This document shows, in pieces, positions 1 to 9,190 of a stretch of 37,148 bases of DNA; positions within the stretch are counted from its first letter, which is position 1, and each line of letters opens with the position of its first letter. Position numbers and translations under genes: made by a program. The notes under the pieces are model-generated. The model was given only the letters and a program-made list of their open reading frames with translations. It made no database searches and was not told the DNA's origin. The DNA comes from Sulfolobales archaeon (GTDB taxonomy: Archaea > Thermoproteota > Thermoprotei_A > Sulfolobales > NBVN01). The stretch covers positions 1 through 37,148 of the forward strand of contig JAWBTQ010000012.1 in NCBI GenBank assembly GCA_038841535.1, written 5' to 3'.

Positions 1-2030
1 AGATAACTCCAGACATAGCTGACTGCACTGCCGTAAACGTCGTTACGATGGTATACGGAAACATGGGCTGGGACTCGGGGACAGGTGTGTACTTCACGAG
101 AGATGTAGCTACAGGTGAGAACGTACCCTACGGCGAGTTTCTCCCCAACGCTCAAGGAGAGGACGTAGTAGCTGGAATAAGGACTCCGCTCAGCTTAGAC
201 GAACTTAAGTCCTCGATGCCCCACCTCTACGAGCAGCTTATTGATGCCGGTAAGAAGCTTGAGAAGATAAACAAAGACGTTATGGATATAGAGTTCACTA
301 TCGAGAGAGGAAAGCTGTACTTCCTGCAGAATAGAGTAGCTAAGATGACTCCCCTAGCTAGAGTTAGAACTGCGGTCGAGATGGCGAAAGAGGGAATAAT
401 CACTAGAGAGGAATCTGTGCTCAAAGTCTCTCCAGACGCAGTCCTAAAGCTTCTCTACCCAATGATAGACCCGAAAGCGAGGGCTTCACCAGTAACTAAG
501 GGATTAGCAGCATCCCCCGGTGCTGTTAGTGGTCAAGTAGTTTTCGACCCCGACTTAGCCGTTGAGTGGGCAAAGAAGGGTAAGAAGGTCATACTAGTTC
601 GAGTTGAGACCAAGCCTGACGACGTCCACGGCTTCTACGCTTCAGTAGGGATTCTAACTGCTAGAGGTGGTCTCACTTCTCATGCTGCTGTAGTAGCGAG
701 AGGTATAGGTAAGCCCGCAGTTGTTGGTGCTGAGGCCATTAAGATAGACTACGAAAGCCGCTTGTTTGCTGTAGGAGATGTTGTAGTTAGGGAGGGTGAC
801 TGGATAACTATAGATGGCAATACCGGGTACGTATACCTCAGTGAGGTACCGACTGTTGCTCCAGAAGTTAAGGGTGAGCTAGAGGAGCTACTATCTTGGG
901 CTGACAGCTTCAGGAGGCTTGGCGTTAGAGCTAACGCAGACGTACCTGAAGACGCTACTATTGCTAGGAAGTTCGGTGCTGAGGGAATAGGGCTTTTGAG
1001 GATAGAGAGAATGTTCAGGAAGCCGGAGAGACTGGAGCTACTTAGGAAGGTTATCCTCTCCGAGAACAGGGAGGATAGAGAGAGGTACCTCAGAGAACTG
1101 TCTAAGATGATCAAATCCGACTTCAAGGAGATGCTCAAGATCATGGACGGACTACCCGTAGTAATCAGACTGATAGACCCACCCCTGCACGAGTTCCTGC
1201 CGGCTCCCGAGGAAGTGATAAAGGAGCTGTACGAAGTGAGAATGGCCGTTCTCGAGGCTAGAAGTAGGAGAGATGAGGAGAGCGTCCTAAAGCTGGAGGA
1301 GAAGGCAAGAGGCCTTGAGTGGCTCTATAAGAGGGTTACGACACTCAAGGAGCACAACCCGATGCTCGGCCATAGAGGTGTTAGAGTCGGTATAACTCAC
1401 CCAGAGATCTACTACTACCTAGCTAGAGCAATGGTTGAAGCAGCCGTTGAGCTGAAGCTCGAGGGCTACAACCCAGTGCTCGAGATCATGATCCCTCAGA
1501 CTGCTCACGTTAACGAGATCAAGTTCGTGAAGCAGAAGGCCATCGTGCCGGCTCTAGAAGACGTGAAGAAGGAGTACGGTGTAGATCTTGACGTTAAGGT
1601 CGGGACTATGGTTGAGACGGTGAGAGCCTGCCTAACTGCTAAGGAGATAGCTAAAGAAGTAGACTTCTTCAGCTTCGGTACTAACGACCTGACACAAGCT
1701 ACCTTCAGCTTCAGTAGGGATGACGCTGAAAACAAGTTCTTGCCTCAGTACCTAGAGTTCGAGATACTCAAAGAAAACCCGTTCGAGGTTCTAGATACTT
1801 ACGGTGTGGGTAAGCTAGTTGAGCTAGCTACTAGAGAAGGTAAGGAAGCCAACCCCAACCTCGAAGTAGGAATATGCGGTGAGCACGGAGGAGACCCGAA
1901 GTCCATAGAGTTCCTCCACAAGGCGGGCTTAGACTACGTTAGCGCGTCTCCATTTAGAGTAGTAATAGCTAGGCTTGCCGCAGCTCAAGCAACACTGAGG
2001 GAAAAGCTGCGCGTAGAAAAGGGTGACTAA
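1..2030 (+). CDS. ppdK: Pyruvate, phosphate dikinase (5'-truncated by window edge)
   Basis: Frame is open from position 3 (…CTAVNVVTMVYGN); motifs GEFLPNAQGEDVVAGIRTP, phospho-His GGLTSHAAVVAR, E-x-NPMLGHRG, FSFGTNDLTQ, GICGEHGGDP. Confidence 0.97.
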   Translation, partial: ITPDIADCTAVNVVTMVYGNMGWDSGTGVYFTRDVATGENVPYGEFLPNAQGEDVVAGIRTPLSLDELKSSMPHLYEQLIDAGKKLEKINKDVMDIEFTIERGKLYFLQNRVAKMTPLARVRTAVEMAKEGIITREESVLKVSPDAVLKLLYPMIDPKARASPVTKGLAASPGAVSGQVVFDPDLAVEWAKKGKKVILVRVETKPDDVHGFYASVGILTARGGLTSHAAVVARGIGKPAVVGAEAIKIDYESRLFAVGDVVVREGDWITIDGNTGYVYLSEVPTVAPEVKGELEELLSWADSFRRLGVRANADVPEDATIARKFGAEGIGLLRIERMFRKPERLELLRKVILSENREDRERYLRELSKMIKSDFKEMLKIMDGLPVVIRLIDPPLHEFLPAPEEVIKELYEVRMAVLEARSRRDEESVLKLEEKARGLEWLYKRVTTLKEHNPMLGHRGVRVGITHPEIYYYLARAMVEAAVELKLEGYNPVLEIMIPQTAHVNEIKFVKQKAIVPALEDVKKEYGVDLDVKVGTMVETVRACLTAKEIAKEVDFFSFGTNDLTQATFSFSRDDAENKFLPQYLEFEILKENPFEVLDTYGVGKLVELATREGKEANPNLEVGICGEHGGDPKSIEFLHKAGLDYVSASPFRVVIARLAAAQATLREKLRVEKGD

Positions 2031-2140
2031 TCCCATCCCTCAGCTAGTACACCTAGCTCGGATTTTCATGCTCTAGTGCTGCCGAGAGCTCTGCGCATGA
2101 ATGCTTATAGGTAATACCTATAACTATATCTTGGTATAAG

Positions 2141-3037
2141 TTGAGACCTATATACGTCGGGTTCGTGGCTAACGTAGTACTAGTTCTACTGAAGTACCTA
2201 GCGAGCGTTAATTCCCAGTCGGCTTCTGTTAACGCATCCCTCCTACACTCTCTGGCTGACCTAACATTCTCCGGTCTTATACTTGCCGGCACTCTAGCGA
2301 TCAAGCTGAAGCCGTCACTCAGGTACCCGTTCGGCTTTGGGAGGGCTGTGTACGTTGCGGGTTTTGCTGCTATCTTAGTTGCTGTTCTCTATCTACTCGT
2401 TGGTGCTATTGAGGAAGGTTTGAGGAAGCTGGCTAACCCCTTCATGGAGGTCACAGAGCTTTCGCTAGTGCTTGTAGCTCTCTCTCTTTCAGTGAACTTA
2501 GTCGTTCTAGTCGACGCCGTACTCAAGTCTAGGGGTAAGTCACACCCAGCTCTACTAGCAGTTATTGCGGAAAACGCTGCTGACGTTACCGGTGACTCAG
2601 CTGTCCTACTGGCACTAGCCTTTCGCAACCCACTCATAGATGGCTATGGAGCGTTCGTAGTAGCCTCGGTTATCGCAGTATCCTCTGCGAGCTTAGGCTA
2701 CAGGTACGTAGTTAGCTTGATAGGTATTTCAGCGCCGCGAGACGTTGTTGGGAGAGTGATTAAGGTGGCTCTATCTGATCCTAGAGTCATAGACGTAAAT
2801 GACGTTAAGTCCCTGATGGTCGAGCCTAACAAGTACGTAATATTCCTGCAGGTTGAGGTAGACCCGAACACTAAGGTCCGGGAACTCGAGGACATACGTC
2901 ACTATATAGAGAACGTGGTTAGGTCTACAACAGACAGAGTAGACAAGGTAGTCATAGAGTTTATGGGACCTAGAGAACCTGTGAAGAGCTTCGCCTCACT
3001 ACTAAAGGAAGTAGTAAAGCTGCCCGAAGAGGCATAG
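2141..3037 (+). CDS. Cation diffusion facilitator (CDF) family transporter
   Basis: About 6 hydrophobic segments, TM2 HSLAD, (Y)PFGFGR signature, TM5 ENAAD, soluble C-terminal dimerisation-like domain. Confidence 0.88.
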   Translation: MRPIYVGFVANVVLVLLKYLASVNSQSASVNASLLHSLADLTFSGLILAGTLAIKLKPSLRYPFGFGRAVYVAGFAAILVAVLYLLVGAIEEGLRKLANPFMEVTELSLVLVALSLSVNLVVLVDAVLKSRGKSHPALLAVIAENAADVTGDSAVLLALAFRNPLIDGYGAFVVASVIAVSSASLGYRYVVSLIGISAPRDVVGRVIKVALSDPRVIDVNDVKSLMVEPNKYVIFLQVEVDPNTKVRELEDIRHYIENVVRSTTDRVDKVVIEFMGPREPVKSFASLLKEVVKLPEEA

Positions 3038-3127
3038 TCAACCCAAAGCCGCCTGCCAAGACTAGTCTCCAGGTCAGGGGCAGTAAGAAGATATATGGCC
3101 AATAGCGCATACTCCATGGTGATGTAG

Positions 3128-3541
3128 GTGTTCAAACCCGGACCTATCTACCTATTCCGAGTACCCGAGGACGAAGAACTGATTTCGTACTTAACTCTCT
3201 TCGCTAAAGAGAAGAATATCAAAACTGGAGTTGTAAACGCTATAGGTGCCTTAAAGGAGTGCACTCTAGGCTTTTACGACCAGCATAAGCAGGTCTACGA
3301 GTACATAAAGATAGAGGAGGAAGTCGAGCTAACAAACCTCAGTGGAAACATCAGCATTAAAGAAGGAGAGCCGTTCGTCCATGTACACGCTATCGTGGGA
3401 AAAAGGAACGGTTCTACGTACTCCGGTCACTTAGTCGAAGCCAGAGTCTTCGTAGCTGAAGTTCTAGTAATAGAGCTCGTAGGTGGCGTAGAGCTAGTTA
3501 GAGAAAAGCACGGCGGGCTGTGGCTCTGGAAACCAAAGTGA
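3128..3541 (+). CDS. PPC domain (DUF296) putative DNA-binding protein
   Basis: AIGAL, ELTNLSGNIS, HVHAIVG…YSGHL motifs; SD GGTGA upstream of GTG. Confidence 0.88.
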   Translation: MFKPGPIYLFRVPEDEELISYLTLFAKEKNIKTGVVNAIGALKECTLGFYDQHKQVYEYIKIEEEVELTNLSGNISIKEGEPFVHVHAIVGKRNGSTYSGHLVEARVFVAEVLVIELVGGVELVREKHGGLWLWKPK

Positions 3542-3684
3542 GTGATGTTATGGACTTAGTAGTTGACTACTTAACGTGATTATCTGATCCTCAAACTCGT
3601 CTCTTGCGTATAGTTTAATTATGTAGTATCCTCCTCACGAACTTAACGATCGCTTCATTACCCGATGGGCGAATGAAATGAGCG

Positions 3685-3692
3685 TTTATAAA
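3685..3692 (+). promoter_or_regulatory. TATA box of the pilin-like operon (probably leaderless mRNA)
   Basis: TTTATAAA ends 23 nt upstream of GTG 3716, in an AT-rich intergenic region. Confidence 0.6.
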
Positions 3693-3715
3693 AGTAGAAT
3701 GTATTATTAAATAGG

Positions 3716-4366
3716 GTGGAACATATAAAAAGAGCACAAAGTACTGTTCTCACCGAAGTGCTAATAGCGAGTGCCGCACTAGTAATAGGTATGTCGATTC
3801 TAGCGTATTTCTCAAGCTTTACTTCGTCGTATACTCAACAAGTAGAGCTAGCAAACTTAGTCAACTACGAAGCAGCCAACCAAGTAGTGAGGCTAATTGC
3901 CTACGACAGTACGAGTAAATCGGTTTGGCTACTGCTTCGTAGACTCGATGGAACCCCGAGAAACTTTCTTCTTATGTTGAGTGTCGGTAACAGCTTCCTT
4001 AACTGTGGTAGTATATACGTCTACGTAGAACCCCGTGACACTAACGGGATTGTCTGCGATGTGGGCGATGGCGATTGCGTATCTAGCTGCTCTTTCTATG
4101 ATAAGTACGTCTCGTCTAGGGACACCTTAGTTTGGACTAAAGATGGTCTAATACCTCTCTATGACTTTTTAAAGAGGCAGTCACCTCAGCAAGTAGGACT
4201 AATAAAGATACCTTACCCAAATCCAGCAGCAGGCTATAGTACAGAAAATATGATAATCAGGGTCGACCTAGGTGGGCTCGCTCCAGAAACTGCTAGAGTT
4301 TACTTAGGGATAGAGCACGATGGGAGAATATACGTAGTGCGAATTTATGAGGTGAGCTTAAGCTGA
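3716..4366 (+). CDS. Type IV pilin-like protein (class III signal peptide)
   Basis: N-terminus MEHIKRA|QSTVLTEVLIASAALVIGMSILAYF fits the archaeal [KR][GA]|QS prepilin-peptidase site followed by a hydrophobic helix; beta-rich Cys-containing remainder. Confidence 0.7.
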   Translation: MEHIKRAQSTVLTEVLIASAALVIGMSILAYFSSFTSSYTQQVELANLVNYEAANQVVRLIAYDSTSKSVWLLLRRLDGTPRNFLLMLSVGNSFLNCGSIYVYVEPRDTNGIVCDVGDGDCVSSCSFYDKYVSSRDTLVWTKDGLIPLYDFLKRQSPQQVGLIKIPYPNPAAGYSTENMIIRVDLGGLAPETARVYLGIEHDGRIYVVRIYEVSLS

Positions 4367-4380
4367 AGCTGAAGACTGGT

Positions 4381-6003
4381 ATGGCGAATCTGCTCATAAT
4401 TATTTTAACACTCACCGCAATCGCCTTAAGTATTCCAACACTTTTCTTCTATACTTACTCAAATAAAGCAAGACAAGAAGTTAAGGCATTTAGCTACCTA
4501 GAAGTAGAAGATAGAGCGAGATACGTTGAAGTCGAGGCTATAGCAGTAATAAGCACCGACGCTCTACACGTCATAATTAATAACAGAGGCGGTAAGGAAG
4601 TAGAAATCGAGGGAGTATATGCCTTATCCACCTGCGATAACGATGGAGTCATACTGAGGCTATCAAATTCTAGGGAAGTCATAAGACCTGGTACCTACCA
4701 GTATATAAGCACACTTCTCGGGAGTGTTCATTGCTCTAAAGTACATATCGGTAGCGTCTATGTAGTTACAACAGAACCCCGCGTGTACTCTGCTAAGCTC
4801 TACAATACAACTCTAATAAGTGAGCTTAGTCCAGTAGGCGAGGAAGTCCGCGTTCTACCGCCTAAGGCCCATCAAATAATACCAATCGAGAGGCGCAGCA
4901 ACATATGGGATATTGAGAGCATGTTAGGTGGCTCTGGTTTTGTGCTAGCTAAACCAGATAACAGCTTCAACCCCTCAAGGCTTGAACTACTCGACAGCTT
5001 CAACTCACTCTTAGAAGGTATTAGAACCGCCTCCGGTAGGTGGATTACCCAAAAAACACTGAGCTCTGTCGAAATATCGATGGCTGATGTCGAAGTGAGA
5101 AATGTATTTCTAGGATACGACCCCCGAGACCCCTCTAAGTACGCACTACTCATCACAAGCGACACAAGTATGGCCATCACATTAAACGGAAACCGAAACA
5201 CTTTCTGCATGAATCTTCCTGCTACTAGAGTGAAGGTCTATGGGTTTAGAAGTACCGCAAGAGAGGGCATTATCCGCATTACCGGGGATACAAGCAGGTT
5301 TGGAAGTGGAGTGTGGATAGTTAAGCCCGACCAAGACGTGGGTGAATACACGTTTATTGGTGGATCAGGTAGGGGAAAAATAAGTATGGTAGGTATAGCA
5401 GATAGAGTAGAGATCTACTGCTTCGAAACCGAGTCAAACAGAGATACCAGCTACTATCCGTACATCCTCTTTATGAACACTGTTGGTGAACCTGGGAGAG
5501 CGTCCATACTGTTTACTACCATAGACGCTGTATATGGGTTCGCGAGTTCGCTGAACGACCGCCCAGGCTCTACATCTCTCCAAGACTTCTCTCGACTACC
5601 TCTGGCATTAGTCTACAAGAGAATGGAAATCAGCAACAACAACACGAAGGCTGTTCTACTACTGCTAAACTACAGGTTCCACGATAACGAAGGAAACGAC
5701 TTCGCTGGAGTGACTGTGGACCGACCTATAATAATCCTCGGAATAATTGATGACGAAAACAGGGTCGTTTCGTATAGAAGCTTCACTTTTCGAGAGCTCA
5801 CACGCTATGAGGACACTTACCCACCGACTGCTCAGGCTCAAAGCTCTTTAGTCTTCATACCTATTCCCTCGAAAGACAGCGTCGGAATAAAGAACTACTT
5901 CGTCTTCATAATCATTCAAGACCCCTACCTCAGCAACAACACCTACGATGATGTAGACATAACTATCTATATAGAGTCCTTGACAATACTCCTTTACGAG
6001 TAG
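4381..6003 (+). CDS. Large pilin-like surface protein, paralogue 1 of 3 (start possibly CTG 4363)
   Basis: N-terminal hydrophobic helix, INNRGGKEVEIE pilin-like strand motif, C-terminal FHDN / QDPY / DDVDITIYIE motifs shared with the next two ORFs. Confidence 0.6.
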   Translation: MANLLIIILTLTAIALSIPTLFFYTYSNKARQEVKAFSYLEVEDRARYVEVEAIAVISTDALHVIINNRGGKEVEIEGVYALSTCDNDGVILRLSNSREVIRPGTYQYISTLLGSVHCSKVHIGSVYVVTTEPRVYSAKLYNTTLISELSPVGEEVRVLPPKAHQIIPIERRSNIWDIESMLGGSGFVLAKPDNSFNPSRLELLDSFNSLLEGIRTASGRWITQKTLSSVEISMADVEVRNVFLGYDPRDPSKYALLITSDTSMAITLNGNRNTFCMNLPATRVKVYGFRSTAREGIIRITGDTSRFGSGVWIVKPDQDVGEYTFIGGSGRGKISMVGIADRVEIYCFETESNRDTSYYPYILFMNTVGEPGRASILFTTIDAVYGFASSLNDRPGSTSLQDFSRLPLALVYKRMEISNNNTKAVLLLLNYRFHDNEGNDFAGVTVDRPIIILGIIDDENRVVSYRSFTFRELTRYEDTYPPTAQAQSSLVFIPIPSKDSVGIKNYFVFIIIQDPYLSNNTYDDVDITIYIESLTILLYE

Positions 6004-6011
6004 GTGAAACG

Positions 6012-7544
6012 ATGAGGCTCGGTCTCGATCAGCGCTTTAGGCGGGGTGTAGGTGGTGTCGTAGGCGCAGCACTAGCTGTTGCGATAATAACGGCAATAGC
6101 TCTCTATGCTTACACGAACATGCTGAAGCCACCTACAGTATCTCCAGATCCTGTCCTGAGGGTTTTAGACGAATACTTGAGTAACAAAGTTGTTATAGGC
6201 CCTATGGTAGGTGGCTATTACGTTCTAAATACTGGTAGCTCAACTGTTGTAATAGAGTACTTAGTGCTTCGCGATGTGCGCACTGAGTCCATAACTTTAT
6301 CTAAAGTTGGAATAGACTCCGCATGCTTCACTACTAAGACAACGATGCAGCCCGGCGAAATGTCCACGCTTAATTGCCGAGACGGATTAATACTTGTTGG
6401 AGTAGTTTCATCTGACGGTAAGATCTTCGTTAGAGACCCGAAGCTTACTGTTCCTTACCTAATCCCTCGAGCTGTTCCTCAGAAAGTCCTATTTACTCCG
6501 GAGGTAGTGAGTTCCGTAGAGCAGTACATAGAGAATATAAACCTATTAAGGATGAACACGTCAACAGCTCTTGTGAAACTAGAAGCATGCAGCATGTCTA
6601 ATGTTAGGGTGAGCATCAAGGCTAACGTCTCACTAGTTATAGCCCTGAGGTCCCCGGCTGACCCAAGCGCTTGGAACATTCTAGTAGTAGGTTATGGAGC
6701 ATACGGTAGAAGGTCTAATAGCTGGTTAACTGTTGGTAGCACCTGCGACCTAAACCTCTCGAGCGCTGGTTCACTAAGGTTTAGAATAAAAATAGAGAAC
6801 CTCTCTATAGCGAGTGGAGATAAAGTAGAAGTAAGTGGTTTACCACTAGCGTCCCCTGGGATATACCCATGCTTAGTAAATACTGGGAAGCAGTGCTGGG
6901 CTGAGGTCTCCGGTACAGCAGGAAGAGTCTCGGTGTACGTCGCTTCATCTACATCTCCTAGCGCGAATGTTGACCTAGACCCGTACTACATAACTGGAGA
7001 CTTAGACGAGAATGGCTACCCAGAGTTCTTCTTTGTAACACAAGATTTTACAACTGGAAGTAGCTCGCAAGTGAATGACGTAATTACGACATCAACTAGA
7101 ACTACGGTAGCAGCTGTTGATAGTACGACGAGACCTATTAGGCTGATTCTTACGGATACTCCCGTTAATAACACGAAGTACGCTACAGCAGTAATCAGTA
7201 TGAGGTTTGTTTTCTGGGATAATTCCGCAGACGACATAACAGATAACGACAACCGAATAGTTCTTGTAGTAGGTCTGTATGACCCAGAGAAATCGAGCTA
7301 CGTGTACTCAGTAAGCTTAAGCTATTTTGAGCTATGTCGCTATAGAACTGTCAAACCTATGACTTTCTCGTATATAGTTAAGGATTTCCTTCTCTACATT
7401 CCTTCACCAGCTGAGATAGGGTATAAGAACCTGTATATTGCTATAGACGTATTCGACCCTTACAGTCGGGAGGAATCGAGAAACGATGCGGACATCATTT
7501 TAAGCATAGAGTATTTGGGTTTAGTCTTGGGTGTTAGAATATGA
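6012..7544 (+). CDS. Large pilin-like surface protein, paralogue 2 of 3
   Basis: RFRRG|VGGVVGAALAVAII class III-type signal; VLNTGSSTVVIEYLV; GDLDENG; FWDN / FDPY / NDADIILSIE; SD AGGTGA. Confidence 0.68.
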   Translation: MRLGLDQRFRRGVGGVVGAALAVAIITAIALYAYTNMLKPPTVSPDPVLRVLDEYLSNKVVIGPMVGGYYVLNTGSSTVVIEYLVLRDVRTESITLSKVGIDSACFTTKTTMQPGEMSTLNCRDGLILVGVVSSDGKIFVRDPKLTVPYLIPRAVPQKVLFTPEVVSSVEQYIENINLLRMNTSTALVKLEACSMSNVRVSIKANVSLVIALRSPADPSAWNILVVGYGAYGRRSNSWLTVGSTCDLNLSSAGSLRFRIKIENLSIASGDKVEVSGLPLASPGIYPCLVNTGKQCWAEVSGTAGRVSVYVASSTSPSANVDLDPYYITGDLDENGYPEFFFVTQDFTTGSSSQVNDVITTSTRTTVAAVDSTTRPIRLILTDTPVNNTKYATAVISMRFVFWDNSADDITDNDNRIVLVVGLYDPEKSSYVYSVSLSYFELCRYRTVKPMTFSYIVKDFLLYIPSPAEIGYKNLYIAIDVFDPYSREESRNDADIILSIEYLGLVLGVRI

Positions 7545-9166
7545 GGAGAGCTATATCTACTCTACTAGCAGTTACACTAATAGCGGCAGTAGCTCTATCT
7601 GCTTTTACCTCTATCTTCATACTATCACAAAGGAGAGCATCTACTTCTGTAGCTGGACTGGACAGAATATTAGACTACGTACACCAGCATGAGGTAACTA
7701 GACTTGCGGCAGTAGTCCTCGGGGAAGTCGTCCGACTCAAGAACCTAGGGAGTAAACCCGTAGAGCTAGAGTACTTAGTAGTCTTAGATGATGCAGTTAG
7801 AGTTATAAAGCTCTCCAGCGGGGACCCGTGCGAAAGCCTGGGAGTAGATGCCGAGTGCTCGTATCACGTAGGTCGGGGCAACCTGCTTGTCGCTATAACG
7901 AAGTCAGGAGTTTTCGTGTTTCCAGAAAAGATCGAGTTCGAGGCTCCACCAAGTGAGGCAACAGTAATAATACCTATAGTCTTTTCTTTCAGAAACCTAA
8001 ACGAGTTAGGTAGAGAGTTCGATATCGACCCAGAACTCATAGCTAAGCCCTATCCTGGAGGTAGCGGCAAGAGGGGAATTACAGGAAAAACCGTCCTAAT
8101 ATTGCCGCGAGGCAGGGAAGACGAGTACTTCAACGAGTACGTGACTACTGCGTGTAAGGAATCAAGAGATAATAGAGTGCCATTCGGAGTTCTCGTCGTT
8201 GGCTATGACCCAAGCTGGTCAAAGGAGCAATTAAGCAACCCGACAGCGCCACCTAGGTTCTCAATACTGTTGGCTGGGCCGAAAATGACTGGTCAAGAAA
8301 AGCTCTGTACTAGCAAGGAAGTACTGCCGCTAACTGAGCAGGGATTTAGAGTTAAGATACACAACTTCACTGGTACGATAAGGATATTTGACGAAAGAGG
8401 AAACGTCGTGGCATGCTCGTCCACAACGCCTGAAGTCTGCGGCAATACCGCAAGTGCTGTTGGAGTATGGTACTATGGCACCGTCCTCAAGTGGAGTGTG
8501 TATATTGACGGTATCGCTAGTTATCTAGGATACTACCAGAGAGCTCCAGCAGGTCAAGGGCAGAGCGTAAGCTATGAGCCGTACTTATTCCTCGGAGATA
8601 TAGACGGTAACGGAGTCGTAGACATCATATTCGCATCTGAAGACGCTTACTATGGAAGTGTAGCGGAAATAAACGATACGGAGGACCTGACTGATTACTC
8701 TACAGAACCCCTCAAGCTAGTGCTGCTTAGAGTAGGGTACGAACTCGGCTACCCCGACGGCTCGATTGATGGCAGCAAGTACGCGGGGGTAACGCTATAT
8801 CTTAACCTGATATTTCATGATAACTCTCACCCAGACGAAAACCAACTGAACGACATAGACAGAACAGACTGGGTACTAAGGATCTTACTCGTTGATGAGA
8901 GAGGTAATGAATACATCATTCGAGAATATAGGTACCAGGAGATCTGCAACTATCACCAAACTCTAGTAACGAACACTGATAGAAATAAGTACTTCACCAA
9001 ACTATCTCAATCAGTATACGTACCTATACCCTCGTCTGGTAAGCACTGGGTTGTAGTAGCTATTCAGGATCCGTACTATTTCCAGAGGAGCGGCAGGAAT
9101 TACATAAACGACGCCGATATCACCGTTGGGATAGAGATAATCGGAGTAGTACCCTTAATGAGGTAG
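7541..9166 (+). CDS. Large pilin-like surface protein, paralogue 3 of 3
   Basis: MRRA|ISTLLAVTLIAAVAL class III-type signal; LKNLGSKPVELEYLV; GDIDGNG; FHDN / QDPY / NDADITVGIE; ATGA overlap with the upstream gene. Confidence 0.68.
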   Translation: MRRAISTLLAVTLIAAVALSAFTSIFILSQRRASTSVAGLDRILDYVHQHEVTRLAAVVLGEVVRLKNLGSKPVELEYLVVLDDAVRVIKLSSGDPCESLGVDAECSYHVGRGNLLVAITKSGVFVFPEKIEFEAPPSEATVIIPIVFSFRNLNELGREFDIDPELIAKPYPGGSGKRGITGKTVLILPRGREDEYFNEYVTTACKESRDNRVPFGVLVVGYDPSWSKEQLSNPTAPPRFSILLAGPKMTGQEKLCTSKEVLPLTEQGFRVKIHNFTGTIRIFDERGNVVACSSTTPEVCGNTASAVGVWYYGTVLKWSVYIDGIASYLGYYQRAPAGQGQSVSYEPYLFLGDIDGNGVVDIIFASEDAYYGSVAEINDTEDLTDYSTEPLKLVLLRVGYELGYPDGSIDGSKYAGVTLYLNLIFHDNSHPDENQLNDIDRTDWVLRILLVDERGNEYIIREYRYQEICNYHQTLVTNTDRNKYFTKLSQSVYVPIPSSGKHWVVVAIQDPYYFQRSGRNYINDADITVGIEIIGVVPLMR

Positions 9167-9190
9167 CTACCTTATTTTCAGCTTACTACA

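Noticed and set aside
3654-3677. Small hairpin TTCATT…AATGAA upstream of the pilin operon TATA box
   Set aside because: A 6-bp AT-rich stem is compatible with chance; no second copy was found.
3716-9166. Provirus or other mobile element interpretation of the pilin-like operon
   Set aside because: No integrase, att or direct repeats, tRNA target, or replication and capsid genes; sequence signature resembles the flanks.
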